Below, one piece after another: positions 7,355 to 17,160 of a stretch of DNA of 22,104 bases. The DNA is from Candidatus Heimdallarchaeota archaeon. Its GTDB lineage: Archaea > Asgardarchaeota > Wukongarchaeia > Wukongarchaeales > JBHIFL01. The translations under genes and the position numbers were made by a program. A model generated the notes under the pieces. That model searched no databases. It saw only the letters and a list, made by a program, of their open reading frames with translations, and was not told where the DNA came from. Location: contig JBHIFL010000066.1 of assembly GCA_046761065.1 (NCBI GenBank), positions 1 to 22,104 on the forward strand, in the 5' to 3' direction. Numbering within the stretch: position 1 is the stretch's first letter; each line of letters opens with the position of its first letter.

Positions 7355-8359
7355 TTATTTTCGTCTCCCCAATACCTTATATAATCGATCCTCAGCTTTT
7401 GCTAAGTTGTTGTTGCGAGCCAACTTCAACATCCGATTTAGCACGACTCGCCCCGCAGCTTGATCTGCGGCCCACTCTCTCGCAAATTGCCCATTCCATA
7501 TTTGAGCGGCTGCTTCTCTTACCCACTCCTTAATTTTAGGGTAGTAGTGTTGCGTTCTAGTTAATTGCCCGTACTGGCTTGTTCGCGAGTGTACAGGCAA
7601 TTGTTCGAATAACCCAATCTCCGCCATTAATCTGGCTGTCTCGGCTCGTTCACCTGATGCATAAAGCTCGAGAATGGCAGCCTCAGGGGACAATCCATAT
7701 TCTTGAGTCACAACTTCAAAATAGGCTTGCATGGCGGCTGCTGTAATAGGGGCTCCCGTATGTTCAGTAAGTAAATCTAACATAGTTTCCTCATCAAAAG
7801 ACGACTTAAGTCCTACCCCACCAGGTAAAGAAATCGCTCCTATTCCCTTAGCCAAGGCTTTCGTGTACTCCCAAGCCTTACCTGAGGCGTCTTGAGCGAC
7901 CCCCAATAGAACCGGATATCCTCTCCTCTGTTCATGGAGATGCAAGATCCCCTGTCCTATCATTCGTGGAGCAACCATGATCAAATCAGTGTTGGAAAGT
8001 GGCTTGATGAGCCCATAAGTAATATTGTATCCACTAGCAAAATCAAGGATAAAATGGGCTTTTTGCTTAATCTCTGGCTCGAGTTTTGTATAATAGACTG
8101 CGGGCGCCACTTCATCAGGAACAAGGAACAAGGCTACATCCGATCTTCTTACGGCTTCCTCAATATCATAAACATCGAACCCGTCCTTCACAGCTTGATC
8201 CCACGAAGCATCTTTGATGTTGCCCATAATTACATTTATCCCATTGTCTTTTAGGATAAGGCCTTGGGCCTGCCCTTGGTTGCCGTAGCCAATGACGCTG
8301 ACTACTTTATCTTGCAGTATGCTCAAATCCCCATTAATAATAAAATCCTCAGATTTCAT
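7355..8359 (-). CDS. ilvC: Ketol-acid reductoisomerase (class I, short), divergent type
   Basis: VIGYGNQG Rossmann motif, LVPDE, VAPRMIG, F.EET..DL.TE, SRTSQYG, IWNGQFAREW. ATG 8359 with SD AAGGTGG at 8366-8372 is preferred over 8440. Confidence 0.85.
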   Translation of the reverse strand: MKSEDFIINGDLSILQDKVVSVIGYGNQGQAQGLILKDNGINVIMGNIKDASWDQAVKDGFDVYDIEEAVRRSDVALFLVPDEVAPAVYYTKLEPEIKQKAHFILDFASGYNITYGLIKPLSNTDLIMVAPRMIGQGILHLHEQRRGYPVLLGVAQDASGKAWEYTKALAKGIGAISLPGGVGLKSSFDEETMLDLLTEHTGAPITAAAMQAYFEVVTQEYGLSPEAAILELYASGERAETARLMAEIGLFEQLPVHSRTSQYGQLTRTQHYYPKIKEWVREAAAQIWNGQFAREWAADQAAGRVVLNRMLKLARNNNLAKAEDRLYKVLGRRK

Positions 8360-8638
8360 CACGGACCACCTTATCCGTGCTGAACCAGCAGTTGTCTTAA
8401 AGTCTGTGGTATTCTCATGATTAGAGAATATAACAAGCATTGTCTACCTGAACAACCGATGAATATCCAAGAAATAGTAAACATGGATTAAAAGTAATAA
8501 TTGATTTATTCTCTAATATTTTTTCGCGATTTTAATCTTCATCATTTCTTCTAAAGGCACGAACTGCTTCAATGCGTGCATCATGTATAGTCATAAAATA
8601 CTGAATAATGGGAATTCTGGGATAAGGAGTTAATCAGT

Positions 8639-9120
8639 CTAACCATCATCTATAACCAGATGGGAGTAAACATCATAGTTTTTCTTGATAAATGCTAATG
8701 TATAGTATGATTTTAAGAAATCGAATACTGTAAACCCATTCACTTTCATATTTTGTTGTACCAAAGGTGTTGGCTATTCTAAAGCTCCCTCGCTTGAGAT
8801 AGCTCCATTGCAATCTAAGTCTACGGATGAATTGCATAGTGTATTGGAGAAATAGTCATTCCAGTTACTTTCTATTATTGGTAGCCTCCTACATTAAAAC
8901 CAACTCAAACAATTTCATCGGCAGAGCAATAAGCTTGGGAGATGTGGAGTGATGAATCATTTTTAATATAGTCGATGAATTCTTCTGTAATTCAGGAATC
9001 CACATTGAAGATTTTCTTGAGTGGGTTGAGTGTTGTGTTGAAGTGGTTATTGTACACATTTTCTCAATTTGTCAAGGTCTAAATAAGATTCATAGGGGAT
9101 ATTGTCCTGGGTTGATCTAT
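8639..9120 (-). pseudogene. Heavily decayed remnant resembling a clan CD (caspase/legumain-like, C13/C14) peptidase
   Basis: Reconstruction: ...KKIFNVDS*ITEEFIDYIKND...AYCSADEIV*VG...[frameshift near 8880]...NWNDYFSNTLCNSSVDLDCNGAISSEGALE*PTPLV... The order matches the DSC..G.FID / ACSADE..W / YF..AL...DxDxDGxISxEEA motifs of prokaryotic caspase-like proteins. Recognised by eye only. Confidence 0.45.
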
Positions 9121-9143
9121 TATTCCATCGGAGGGATTGCGTA

Positions 9144-10412
9144 TTGACGTATCAAGACACATTGGAGTATAGACTACCACCCAAAGAAAAGCAAACTAAA
9201 CTCTATGGAATCTCTGCAGCGAATTCGAGCGGACAGTACGTTGCGGACACCTTTTTGTCCTTCTTTGCTATCGAACTAGGTGGAACCTTTACTCAGCTTA
9301 GCATCATTTCAAGCATCCGAAATCTCGGGAATTCTATCTTGACGAGCTTTTGGGGCACTCAATCTGATAAACATGGTAGAAGACCCTACCTTGTATTAGG
9401 AAATTTGACATTATTCCTTTCAGTGATATCATTTCTCTTCATTTCTAATGTGACTAGTCTGATCACTATATTGATTATCCAGACCCTTATAGGGAGTGCT
9501 GCAATCCCGGTATGGATTAGTACGCTGGGAGATTTTTCTAGAGCGAAAAATCGGGGGGAGTTTATTGGAAAAGTCACCGGCTTTGGGACCTTTATGTCAA
9601 TTCTCACAATCCTTATCGCCGGGAATTGGATGGATCGATCTGGACGTAAAGGCCCCCATCAATATCGGTTAGCTTTTATATTATCCGCTCTATGCTTTGT
9701 TTTGGCGATTATACTAATCCTTTCTCTCAAAGAGTCATTAACCACAGAAAAAGTCAGCGAAAAACCCTCATCAATTCTATATGTTTTGAGAAAAAACCCG
9801 GTTTATCGACACTTTGTGGTTATTGAATCTGTTTTTTTCTTCGTAATGTCTTTTGTATGGCCCATCTTCTCTTTTGTCACCAAAAATATTGTGCATGCGA
9901 CAAATGCACAAATTTCAGCTATAACAACCGTCAATATGGTTTCCATGGCACTCGCAATGAGGGTGGCAGGGATGGTTAGTGATAAAATCGGACGAAAGCC
10001 TGTTTTGATAAGTGGGCGGATGATCCTTTTTGTCGTCCCCCTGTTATACGCTCTCACAGGGGTTTGGCCAAATTGGATTTTATTGGTACTCGCTGGGCTT
10101 TTTGGAGGGATTTCTGGCGGCCTTGCCGTTCCAGCTAAGAATGCGATCGCACTTGACCTGGCCCCAAAGGAATATAGAGCGAGTTTTTTCGGAATTTTTG
10201 TGATGATCACGGGGATGACAAGCTTTGCTGGCTCGTTAGTTGGTGGTATTCTCACTCAACTCCTCTCCTTATCCGTTGGGGATACAAGAGCTCTGGTCTT
10301 GGTGATGTATCTAGGCGCTATCCTTCGATTTTTCGCTAGTTTCGGCTATTTTTTCCTAAAAGAGACAGCACCTACTAAGCTATCACGTTTCAACATCAAT
10401 TCAGACACCTGA
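9144..10412 (+). CDS. MFS transporter
   Basis: WGTQSDKHGRR and GMVSDKIGRK motif A repeats, about 12 hydrophobic segments. TTG 9144 with SD GGAGGG at 9130-9135 is preferred over 9102. Confidence 0.92.
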   Translation: MTYQDTLEYRLPPKEKQTKLYGISAANSSGQYVADTFLSFFAIELGGTFTQLSIISSIRNLGNSILTSFWGTQSDKHGRRPYLVLGNLTLFLSVISFLFISNVTSLITILIIQTLIGSAAIPVWISTLGDFSRAKNRGEFIGKVTGFGTFMSILTILIAGNWMDRSGRKGPHQYRLAFILSALCFVLAIILILSLKESLTTEKVSEKPSSILYVLRKNPVYRHFVVIESVFFFVMSFVWPIFSFVTKNIVHATNAQISAITTVNMVSMALAMRVAGMVSDKIGRKPVLISGRMILFVVPLLYALTGVWPNWILLVLAGLFGGISGGLAVPAKNAIALDLAPKEYRASFFGIFVMITGMTSFAGSLVGGILTQLLSLSVGDTRALVLVMYLGAILRFFASFGYFFLKETAPTKLSRFNINSDT

Positions 10413-10687
10413 ATTTTAAACAAGACTGCAAACCCTCCCAAACATATCTTTACTGCATTCTAAAACTGAAATCCTATCAAAGCGTATCTTCTGTAGAATC
10501 TCACTTATTTGGTTGCATAAAATATCGTAGGAAGCGTCTTAAGTGGTCTTGGTACATTTTTCGATTCAAGATTTCTATTCAACAAGAGTAGTGTGGTACT
10601 TACTTCACAAAAAAAAGGTGAAATTTCAGTAATCACAACTAGATCTGAATTCGTAAGGAATCAATATTAATATTATGTTCAGATATT

Positions 10688-11515
10688 ATGATCGTGATGC
10701 CTATGGACAAACAACCCTTTCTTTATGAGGAAATGAAGTGGCCAGAAATAAGGGAAGTGGCTAAGGAAAATCGAGTTGTAATCATCCCCGTTGGAACCAT
10801 TGAAGATCATGGTTACCACCTCCCTATTATCTCAGATGTGCTGATCACCACCACCATTTGTAGGAAGGCCGCAGAGAGGATTCCCGAGGAGGTTATCCTC
10901 ATGCCTCCCCAATATCATGGGTATAGTCCCCACCACATGGACTTTCCTGGACCCATCACGATTGAAGGGCCAACTTTTATTGCATATATGCGCGACATAA
11001 CGAAGAGCCTCGTCCATCATGGATTTAAACGGATCCTTCTTGTGAACGGCCATGGAAGTAATGGGCCATGGCTTGAAACGGTAGCCCGTCTCACCATTGT
11101 GGACCATCCAAGCGTCCTTTGTGCCTTGTTGAACTGGTGGGCGATCCCTGAAGTTGTTAAGGCGGTGAAGGCACAACGAACTTCTGAACGAGGTGGTACC
11201 TCCCATGCTGGGGAGCTAGAGACCTCCTTAATGCTAGCGATCCGGCCCGATCTGGTAGACATGAGCAAAGCAGTCAAGGACATAAGTTACCCGACTTCCC
11301 AGTATTTTCCTCTTTCAGACTTCTACTACCCAAGCGGATCAGTCCGTCTTATGCCCTATTGGAGTACAATTACAACAACCGGAACTATGGGCGATCCAAC
11401 AGTTGCCACCAAGGAGAAGGGAATGAAATGGCTGGAAGCCGCTGTCGAGGGGTTGATAGGAATTATACGCGATTATAGGAAACGCGAGATCAGAGCACGG
11501 ATAGACCACCATTAG
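10688..11515 (+). CDS. Creatininase / creatinine amidohydrolase family protein
   Basis: PVGTIEDHGYHLPIISD, GYSPHH..FPG, NGHGSN, HAGELETS and GDPT.AT.EKG motifs. The start could be a few codons downstream. Confidence 0.93.
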   Translation: MIVMPMDKQPFLYEEMKWPEIREVAKENRVVIIPVGTIEDHGYHLPIISDVLITTTICRKAAERIPEEVILMPPQYHGYSPHHMDFPGPITIEGPTFIAYMRDITKSLVHHGFKRILLVNGHGSNGPWLETVARLTIVDHPSVLCALLNWWAIPEVVKAVKAQRTSERGGTSHAGELETSLMLAIRPDLVDMSKAVKDISYPTSQYFPLSDFYYPSGSVRLMPYWSTITTTGTMGDPTVATKEKGMKWLEAAVEGLIGIIRDYRKREIRARIDHH

Positions 11516-11773
11516 CTGGTCACCTACAAACATTTACGCTCCGTTTATAGAGATAATATTGAAGTCTTCTTGTCAGATAAGATCTTCTATTATCATTCTA
11601 ATTCCCCCTTTTTGAAAAAACAATGAAGAACTAGATAATCTCTCAAATTGGTTACGATGATCTTCATTTTCAGTTTCATGATGGATTTTGTCCAATGGCA
11701 ACACCTAATGTCGTGCTAAAGAAAATTACTGCTAAAGCTTTGGTATCAGAGACATGGGGACATTATTTTTGGT

Positions 11774-12562
11774 TTAAAATAAACTTTTTACGAGTCCACC
11801 GTCGACTTGAATTGTTGTTCCTGTGATATAACTTGCCTTTTCTGAAGCTAAAAATACAACGAGGTTTGCAATCTCTTCAGGTTGACCTACACGTCCAAGG
11901 GGAACGTCCTTTGCCATTTCTTTGAGTTGATCTTCTAAGCTTCGGTTGGTTTCCTCTGCTAGCTTTTGAGCAATATCTCTAAGCCGCTTTGTTAAAGTAT
12001 AGCCTGGTGCTACGGAGTTTACTGTAATATTGTACGGCCCCAACTCATTGGACAAACTTTTTGTTAATCCAATCACGCCGCTTCTCACGGTATTGGAGAG
12101 TAATAGGTTATCGATCGGTTGTTTCACACTCACCGATGTCATATTGATAATTCGCCCCCACCGGGCCTTAATCATATATGGAACCACTTCACGAGATAAG
12201 TAGATCGTACTCATCAGGTTCAAATCGACGGCTTCTCGCCATGTGGCAATATCCACCTCTTGAAAGGTTGCCTGTGGTGGCCCTCCTGCATTATTGACCA
12301 ATATTTGGGGATTGCCAAAGGTCTTAATTGTTTCTTTCACCAAATTCTGAACCTGATCATAGTCAGTGACGTCTGCTTTAACGGCTAAAACTTTCCCTCC
12401 AAAGGTTCTTATCTCCTCCTTAGTCTTATGGAGGGCTTCTTCTCCACGGGCGCAAATGGTCACATATGCACCCTCCTTGGCCAAGTTTACTGCGATAGCT
12501 TTCCCAATCCCTTTGCTTGAGGCCGCACATATTGCGATTTTACCAGATAATCCTAAATCCAT
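11774..12562 (-). CDS. Short-chain dehydrogenase/reductase, BKR-like atypical subgroup
   Basis: AASSKGIG, NNAGGP, SNTVR in place of YxxxK, VNSVAPG, YITG..IQVDGG; SD GAGGAG at 12569-12574. Confidence 0.92.
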   Translation of the reverse strand: MDLGLSGKIAICAASSKGIGKAIAVNLAKEGAYVTICARGEEALHKTKEEIRTFGGKVLAVKADVTDYDQVQNLVKETIKTFGNPQILVNNAGGPPQATFQEVDIATWREAVDLNLMSTIYLSREVVPYMIKARWGRIINMTSVSVKQPIDNLLLSNTVRSGVIGLTKSLSNELGPYNITVNSVAPGYTLTKRLRDIAQKLAEETNRSLEDQLKEMAKDVPLGRVGQPEEIANLVVFLASEKASYITGTTIQVDGGLVKSLF

Positions 12563-12661
12563 TTTTGACTCCTCGAGCTTTCAATTACCCACATAATGAA
12601 ATTGATTGCAGGATTATCATTCTTATTATAATATTTTCTCAAGCAATCGGAGCGAATTCAC

Positions 12662-13396
12662 TTGTTTAAAATCGGGTGTTGTGGATTTTCAGGGAAGATG
12701 AGCCAGTATTTTCAAGAGTTCAAACTTGTAGAAATTCAACAGACGTTCTATAAACCTCCAAGAATCCAAACAGTCGAAAAGTGGCGGATAATGGCACCTG
12801 AGTACTTTGAATTTACAGTGAAGTGTTGGCAATTGATTACCCATTCCCCAAGCTCTCCTACTTACAGGAAAGCTGGGATAAAGATTTCCAATGAGCATTT
12901 AGAGCGATATGGCAATTTTCGGCCTACTGAAGAGGTATTTCAAGCATGGGATACGGTACGGGACATTTGCGAGGTTTTGAACACTAAAATCTGTCTGATT
13001 CAGTGTCCAGCAAGCTTTAGACCAACAAAGGAGAACATAGAAAACATGTATGCTTTCTTTTCTGCAATAAATCGTGCTGATATAACCATTGCATGGGAAC
13101 CCCGGGGAAAAAGTTGGACTGAAGAGAAAGTTCACCGTATTTGCGACGAGTTAGACTTGATTCATGTTGTAGACCCTTTTGCTCAACGACCTGCAACACT
13201 AGTTGGCTCAACAGCATATTTAAGGCTTCATGGTGCGCCGCCAGGGAAAAAGATGTACTCTTACCAGTATACGGACACAGATCTTAGGTTCCTTTTAAAA
13301 GAACTTAATACTTATGAAGTGAACCAAGTGTATGTGCTGTTTAACAATATTTCTAAAGCGTATGATGCGAAACGACTTCTGGCTATGGTAGAATAG
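12662..13396 (+). CDS. DUF72 (YecE-like) protein
   Basis: IGCCGF, VEIQQTFY, FEFTVKCWQLITH, QCPASF, WEPRG, YLRLHG, YVLFNN motifs; TTG start, divergent from the SDR gene. Confidence 0.92.
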   Translation: MFKIGCCGFSGKMSQYFQEFKLVEIQQTFYKPPRIQTVEKWRIMAPEYFEFTVKCWQLITHSPSSPTYRKAGIKISNEHLERYGNFRPTEEVFQAWDTVRDICEVLNTKICLIQCPASFRPTKENIENMYAFFSAINRADITIAWEPRGKSWTEEKVHRICDELDLIHVVDPFAQRPATLVGSTAYLRLHGAPPGKKMYSYQYTDTDLRFLLKELNTYEVNQVYVLFNNISKAYDAKRLLAMVE

Positions 13397-13650
13397 GAGC
13401 ACTGAGGTATTAATTATCGTATACTTAATAATAAGACGTTTTCATTTGAGTTGCTGCAAAAACTCTTGATTTTGAAGAACGCCACAATATTGGTTACTTT
13501 TATGCTTTACCACATATCAAAAAGACAGGTGTGCCTCTTTCGGTGGATATTTTCGCTTGAGATACTCTCATGATTGCTAAGTTTATTCCTCCATAAATAC
13601 AAAAGTGTTAAAGGTATTGAAGAAAGAAACAGCTTGCTAGGGCGATTTCA

Positions 13651-15213
13651 ATGAAAACGATGAAAGAACATATCCAAGAGCTCGAAGAGCAGAAGAAAAC
13701 CCTCCGATTAGGAGGAGGACCGGATCGGATTGAACGCCAACATGCGAAAGGCCGCCTTACCGCTCGTGAACGAATTGATGCTTTCTTTGATCCCAGAACA
13801 TTTGTAGAAATTGACCTTTTCGCCCGTCATCGGTGTACTTACTTCGGGATGGAAAAACGAGAGATCCCCGCTGATGCGGTCGTAACTGGCTATGGCCGCG
13901 TAAATGGCCGGTTGGTTTTCGTCTATTCGGAGGATTTTACATCAATGGGTGGTACTTTTGGTGAGTTTCATGGGGCGAAATGTTCGAAAATTATAGAGAT
14001 GGCAATGAAAGTTGGGGTACCGGTGGTTGGATTCAATGACTCCGGTGGAGCTCGAATCCAAGAGGGGGTCGATTCATTGAGCGCCTACGGAAAAATCTTC
14101 TATAGGCACACGTTGGCCTCAGGCGTTGTTCCCCAGATTCAATTAATCATGGGACCAGTTGCTGGCGGACAATCTTATTCACCAGCTTTGTGTGATTTTA
14201 TTTTCATGGTCGAAGGTAGTTACATGTTTATTGCCGGTCCAAATTTTGTGAAAGCCGTTACAGGCGAGGAAGTAGATACTGAAACCTTAGGAGGGCCCAG
14301 TGTTCACAATACCATTAGTGGAGTTGCTGATGGGATGTTTGCAAACGACCAGGAATGCCTAGATCGTACTCGAGACCTATTAAGCTACCTACCTGGTTCA
14401 TATAAAGACAAACCCCTCCGGGTTGATTCGAGCGATGATCCTAACCGTTTAGTTCCTGAACTTGAGGATATTGTTCCTGCAGATTCGCGTAAGATATACG
14501 ATATGTACGATGTTATCTATCATGTTATCGATCAGGATTCTCAATTTTTTGAAATCAAGCCACATTATGCCAAAAATATTATTGTCGGTTTTGCACGCTT
14601 CGATGGGCGTTCTGTTGGGGTTGTTGCAAATCAACCCAGGGTTTTAGCTGGTGGTCTTGACGTCGATGCTTCGGATAAAGCGGCTCGATTTGTTCGGTTC
14701 TGTGATGCTTTTAACATCCCATTGATCCAGCTTGAAGATGCTCCCGCATATATCATTGGAACTCGCCAGGAGTACCTTGGAATTATCAGGCACGGCGCAA
14801 AAATGCTCCACGCTTACTCAGAAGCCACTGTTCCAAAGATCACAGTGATCCTTCGGAAGGCATTCGCTGGCGCCTACTTAGCGATGTGTTCAAAAGACCT
14901 AGGGGCTGACCAGGTGTTTGCTTGGCCGACTGCTGAGATTACCCTGGTAGGCCCCGAAGCGGCAGCCAGTATTATCTTCCGCAGAGACGTAGCTGCTGGC
15001 AAAACTCCTGAAGAGCAACAGAAAATCCTTGAAGAGAAGACACAATTTTACAGCGACCAGTATATGAACCCCTACTTAGCTGCGAATCGGATGTTTATTG
15101 ATGATATCATCCTTCCACGAGAAACCCGGAAAGCGATTTGTTCCGCTTTAGAAATGTTGGAAGATAAAGAAGAGTCTCGACCTCACAAAAAGCATGGCAA
15201 TATCCCGTTATGA
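13651..15213 (+). CDS. Acyl-CoA carboxyltransferase (propionyl-CoA carboxylase beta / methylmalonyl-CoA decarboxylase alpha family)
   Basis: GRLTARERI, DFTSMGGT, DSGGARIQEG, SGVVPQI, GVVANQP, KAARFVRFCDAF, GIIRHGAKML, KKHGNIPL. Confidence 0.95.
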   Translation: MKTMKEHIQELEEQKKTLRLGGGPDRIERQHAKGRLTARERIDAFFDPRTFVEIDLFARHRCTYFGMEKREIPADAVVTGYGRVNGRLVFVYSEDFTSMGGTFGEFHGAKCSKIIEMAMKVGVPVVGFNDSGGARIQEGVDSLSAYGKIFYRHTLASGVVPQIQLIMGPVAGGQSYSPALCDFIFMVEGSYMFIAGPNFVKAVTGEEVDTETLGGPSVHNTISGVADGMFANDQECLDRTRDLLSYLPGSYKDKPLRVDSSDDPNRLVPELEDIVPADSRKIYDMYDVIYHVIDQDSQFFEIKPHYAKNIIVGFARFDGRSVGVVANQPRVLAGGLDVDASDKAARFVRFCDAFNIPLIQLEDAPAYIIGTRQEYLGIIRHGAKMLHAYSEATVPKITVILRKAFAGAYLAMCSKDLGADQVFAWPTAEITLVGPEAAASIIFRRDVAAGKTPEEQQKILEEKTQFYSDQYMNPYLAANRMFIDDIILPRETRKAICSALEMLEDKEESRPHKKHGNIPL

Positions 15214-15246
15214 AACGAGGGACGGTTCCTTGCACCTTTTCTTCAT

Positions 15247-16221
15247 CTACCACCGGAACAATACAGAGTAGACCGCCCAAAGAGTACTGCGGATTTTAGC
15301 AGGGTTAAACGCTTGTAGAGTTGTCTCAAGCTGTTGAAGCTCTTTTTGGGAAAGGACAAGTTCCGCAGCCTTCACATTACTTGTAAGCTGCTCAATCGAT
15401 TTCGCTCCAGGAATAGCAATCACGGTCGGATCACGGATAGCCCACGCTATTGCCACTTGAGCTGAAGTCGCTTTGTGTGTTGAGGCCGCATGTGCGAGTT
15501 CATCGAGAACAGGCCATGCTCTTTTAAGGTTTATAGGTGCAAAAAGTCGGTTTGTCCGCCGGATACCTCCCTTTGGCCCCCGTTCACGATATTTACCTGT
15601 TAAAATGCCTTGCGCTAAGGGAGAATAGGCAATAATAGAAATCCGCTCCTTTCTTGCATAGGGTAAGAGATCTTCTTCGATTCCACGTTGTAACATATTA
15701 TATTTGACTTGATTTGAGACAATTTCCTCGGATTTTAACGAAGTTCGTGCTTTTTCGAGTTGCTTTTTCGAGAAATTGCTAACCCCAATATACCGAATGA
15801 TCCCTGCTTTGACCATCTCTTCCATATAGTGAAGTATACGCTTCTTCGATACGAATGGTATAGGCCAATGGATTTGGTAAAGATCGATGGTATCAACTTG
15901 AAGTCGTTTCAAACTATTCTTGACAGCTTTACGTATTTTACTCGGCCGCAATGTGAGTGGTAGGAATTTTGTTGCTATGACCACCTCGTCTCTATGCTCT
16001 TGGATAGCTGCCCCTATGATTTCCTCAGATTTTCCGCGAGCATAAATTTCTGCTGTATCAATGAAGTTCACACCAAGATCAAGGGCGCGTTGGATGATTG
16101 CCATCACATCATTCCGGTGGAACTCTCTGCCATAACCCCATCCTTTGGAGCCAAATTGCCACCCACCCAGTCCAATGGAAGACACTTTCAGGCCAGATGT
16201 TCCAAGGTTAGTATATTTCAT
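15247..16221 (-). CDS. Aldo/keto reductase
   Basis: GLGGWQFG, DTAEIY, ATK, YQIHWP, GVSNF, YSPLAQG, IPGA, with the D/Y/K/H tetrad present. ATG 16221 preferred; TTG 16230 is possible. Confidence 0.95.
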   Translation of the reverse strand: MKYTNLGTSGLKVSSIGLGGWQFGSKGWGYGREFHRNDVMAIIQRALDLGVNFIDTAEIYARGKSEEIIGAAIQEHRDEVVIATKFLPLTLRPSKIRKAVKNSLKRLQVDTIDLYQIHWPIPFVSKKRILHYMEEMVKAGIIRYIGVSNFSKKQLEKARTSLKSEEIVSNQVKYNMLQRGIEEDLLPYARKERISIIAYSPLAQGILTGKYRERGPKGGIRRTNRLFAPINLKRAWPVLDELAHAASTHKATSAQVAIAWAIRDPTVIAIPGAKSIEQLTSNVKAAELVLSQKELQQLETTLQAFNPAKIRSTLWAVYSVLFRW

Positions 16222-16388
16222 GTCTACCAATCTCAGTGATAATTTTATATTTGGCTTGTAAAACTGTAATCAGTTGGATTCAAATGAATTTGTTTTCTTC
16301 TATATCGTCTAAATCAAAATCATACAAGGTAATCATTATTCTGTTATCTCTAGAGAAAGATTAAACATATTTCCTGGAAGAAAAGAAT

Positions 16389-17096
16389 ATGACTGCAAAA
16401 ACTAATGGAAAACCTCGGCTAGTGCAGGATCCTGCACTCCGCAACCAGACCCACATTTTTGAGAATCGGTATCAAGCCGGGAAATTGCTGGCAAAAAAAC
16501 TGGAGCGTTATAGGGATTACGCGGTTATCGTTTTAGCAATCCCCGCAGGAGGTGTTCCAGTGGGCGTCGCGATTGCAGAACATCTCCAGTGCGGGTTTCA
16601 TTTGATGATCACACGTAAAATCCAGATTCCATGGCAACCGGAGGCTGGTTATGGCGCTGTGGCTCCGGATGGCAGTGTGGTTTTGAATGAGCCATTAGTC
16701 CAACAACTTCATCTGACAAGGGATGAGATTAAGCAACACGTCGCAATAGTTCTGAAAGAGATCGACCGACGATCAAAAAAGTTTCTTGGAGGGGTATCCT
16801 TTCCCAATTTAACTTCTAAGATTGTGCTGTTGACGGATGATGGGCTGGCTTCCGGCTTCACCATGTTGGCTGCGATACGCGCTGTGATGAAACAAAATCC
16901 TGCGAAAGTGATTGTAGCAGTCCCAACAGCCCCAGCCTCAACTATAAACCGGATCTCTGGTGTAGACGTAATTATTTGTTTGAATGTTCGAGACTCACGG
17001 TTCTTTGCGGTAGCGGATGCGTATGTCAGATGGCATGATCTAAGTGATCGAGAAGTCGAAGAATATTTGAAGAAGGTAGATTCCCTTCAGATGTAA
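16389..17096 (+). CDS. Type I phosphoribosyltransferase-family protein of unknown substrate (COG1926-like)
   Basis: FENRYQAG, LAIPAGGVPV, TRKI..P..PE, PRPP loop LTDDGLASGFT, AVADAY..W.DLSD.EV. Confidence 0.9.
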   Translation: MTAKTNGKPRLVQDPALRNQTHIFENRYQAGKLLAKKLERYRDYAVIVLAIPAGGVPVGVAIAEHLQCGFHLMITRKIQIPWQPEAGYGAVAPDGSVVLNEPLVQQLHLTRDEIKQHVAIVLKEIDRRSKKFLGGVSFPNLTSKIVLLTDDGLASGFTMLAAIRAVMKQNPAKVIVAVPTAPASTINRISGVDVIICLNVRDSRFFAVADAYVRWHDLSDREVEEYLKKVDSLQM

Positions 17097-17160
17097 GATT
17101 TATTACTAATTCGCTTAATTTGATGAATTTTAGTTTAACATTATGGAATGGTGCTCTAGT

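Noticed and set aside
11516-11773. Small ORF or gene remnant between creatininase and SDR
   Set aside because: The short open frames show no recognisable motif or ribosome-binding site.
10688-12562. Mycofactocin cluster (MftE-like plus SDR)
   Set aside because: No MftA precursor, MftB or radical-SAM MftC in the window.
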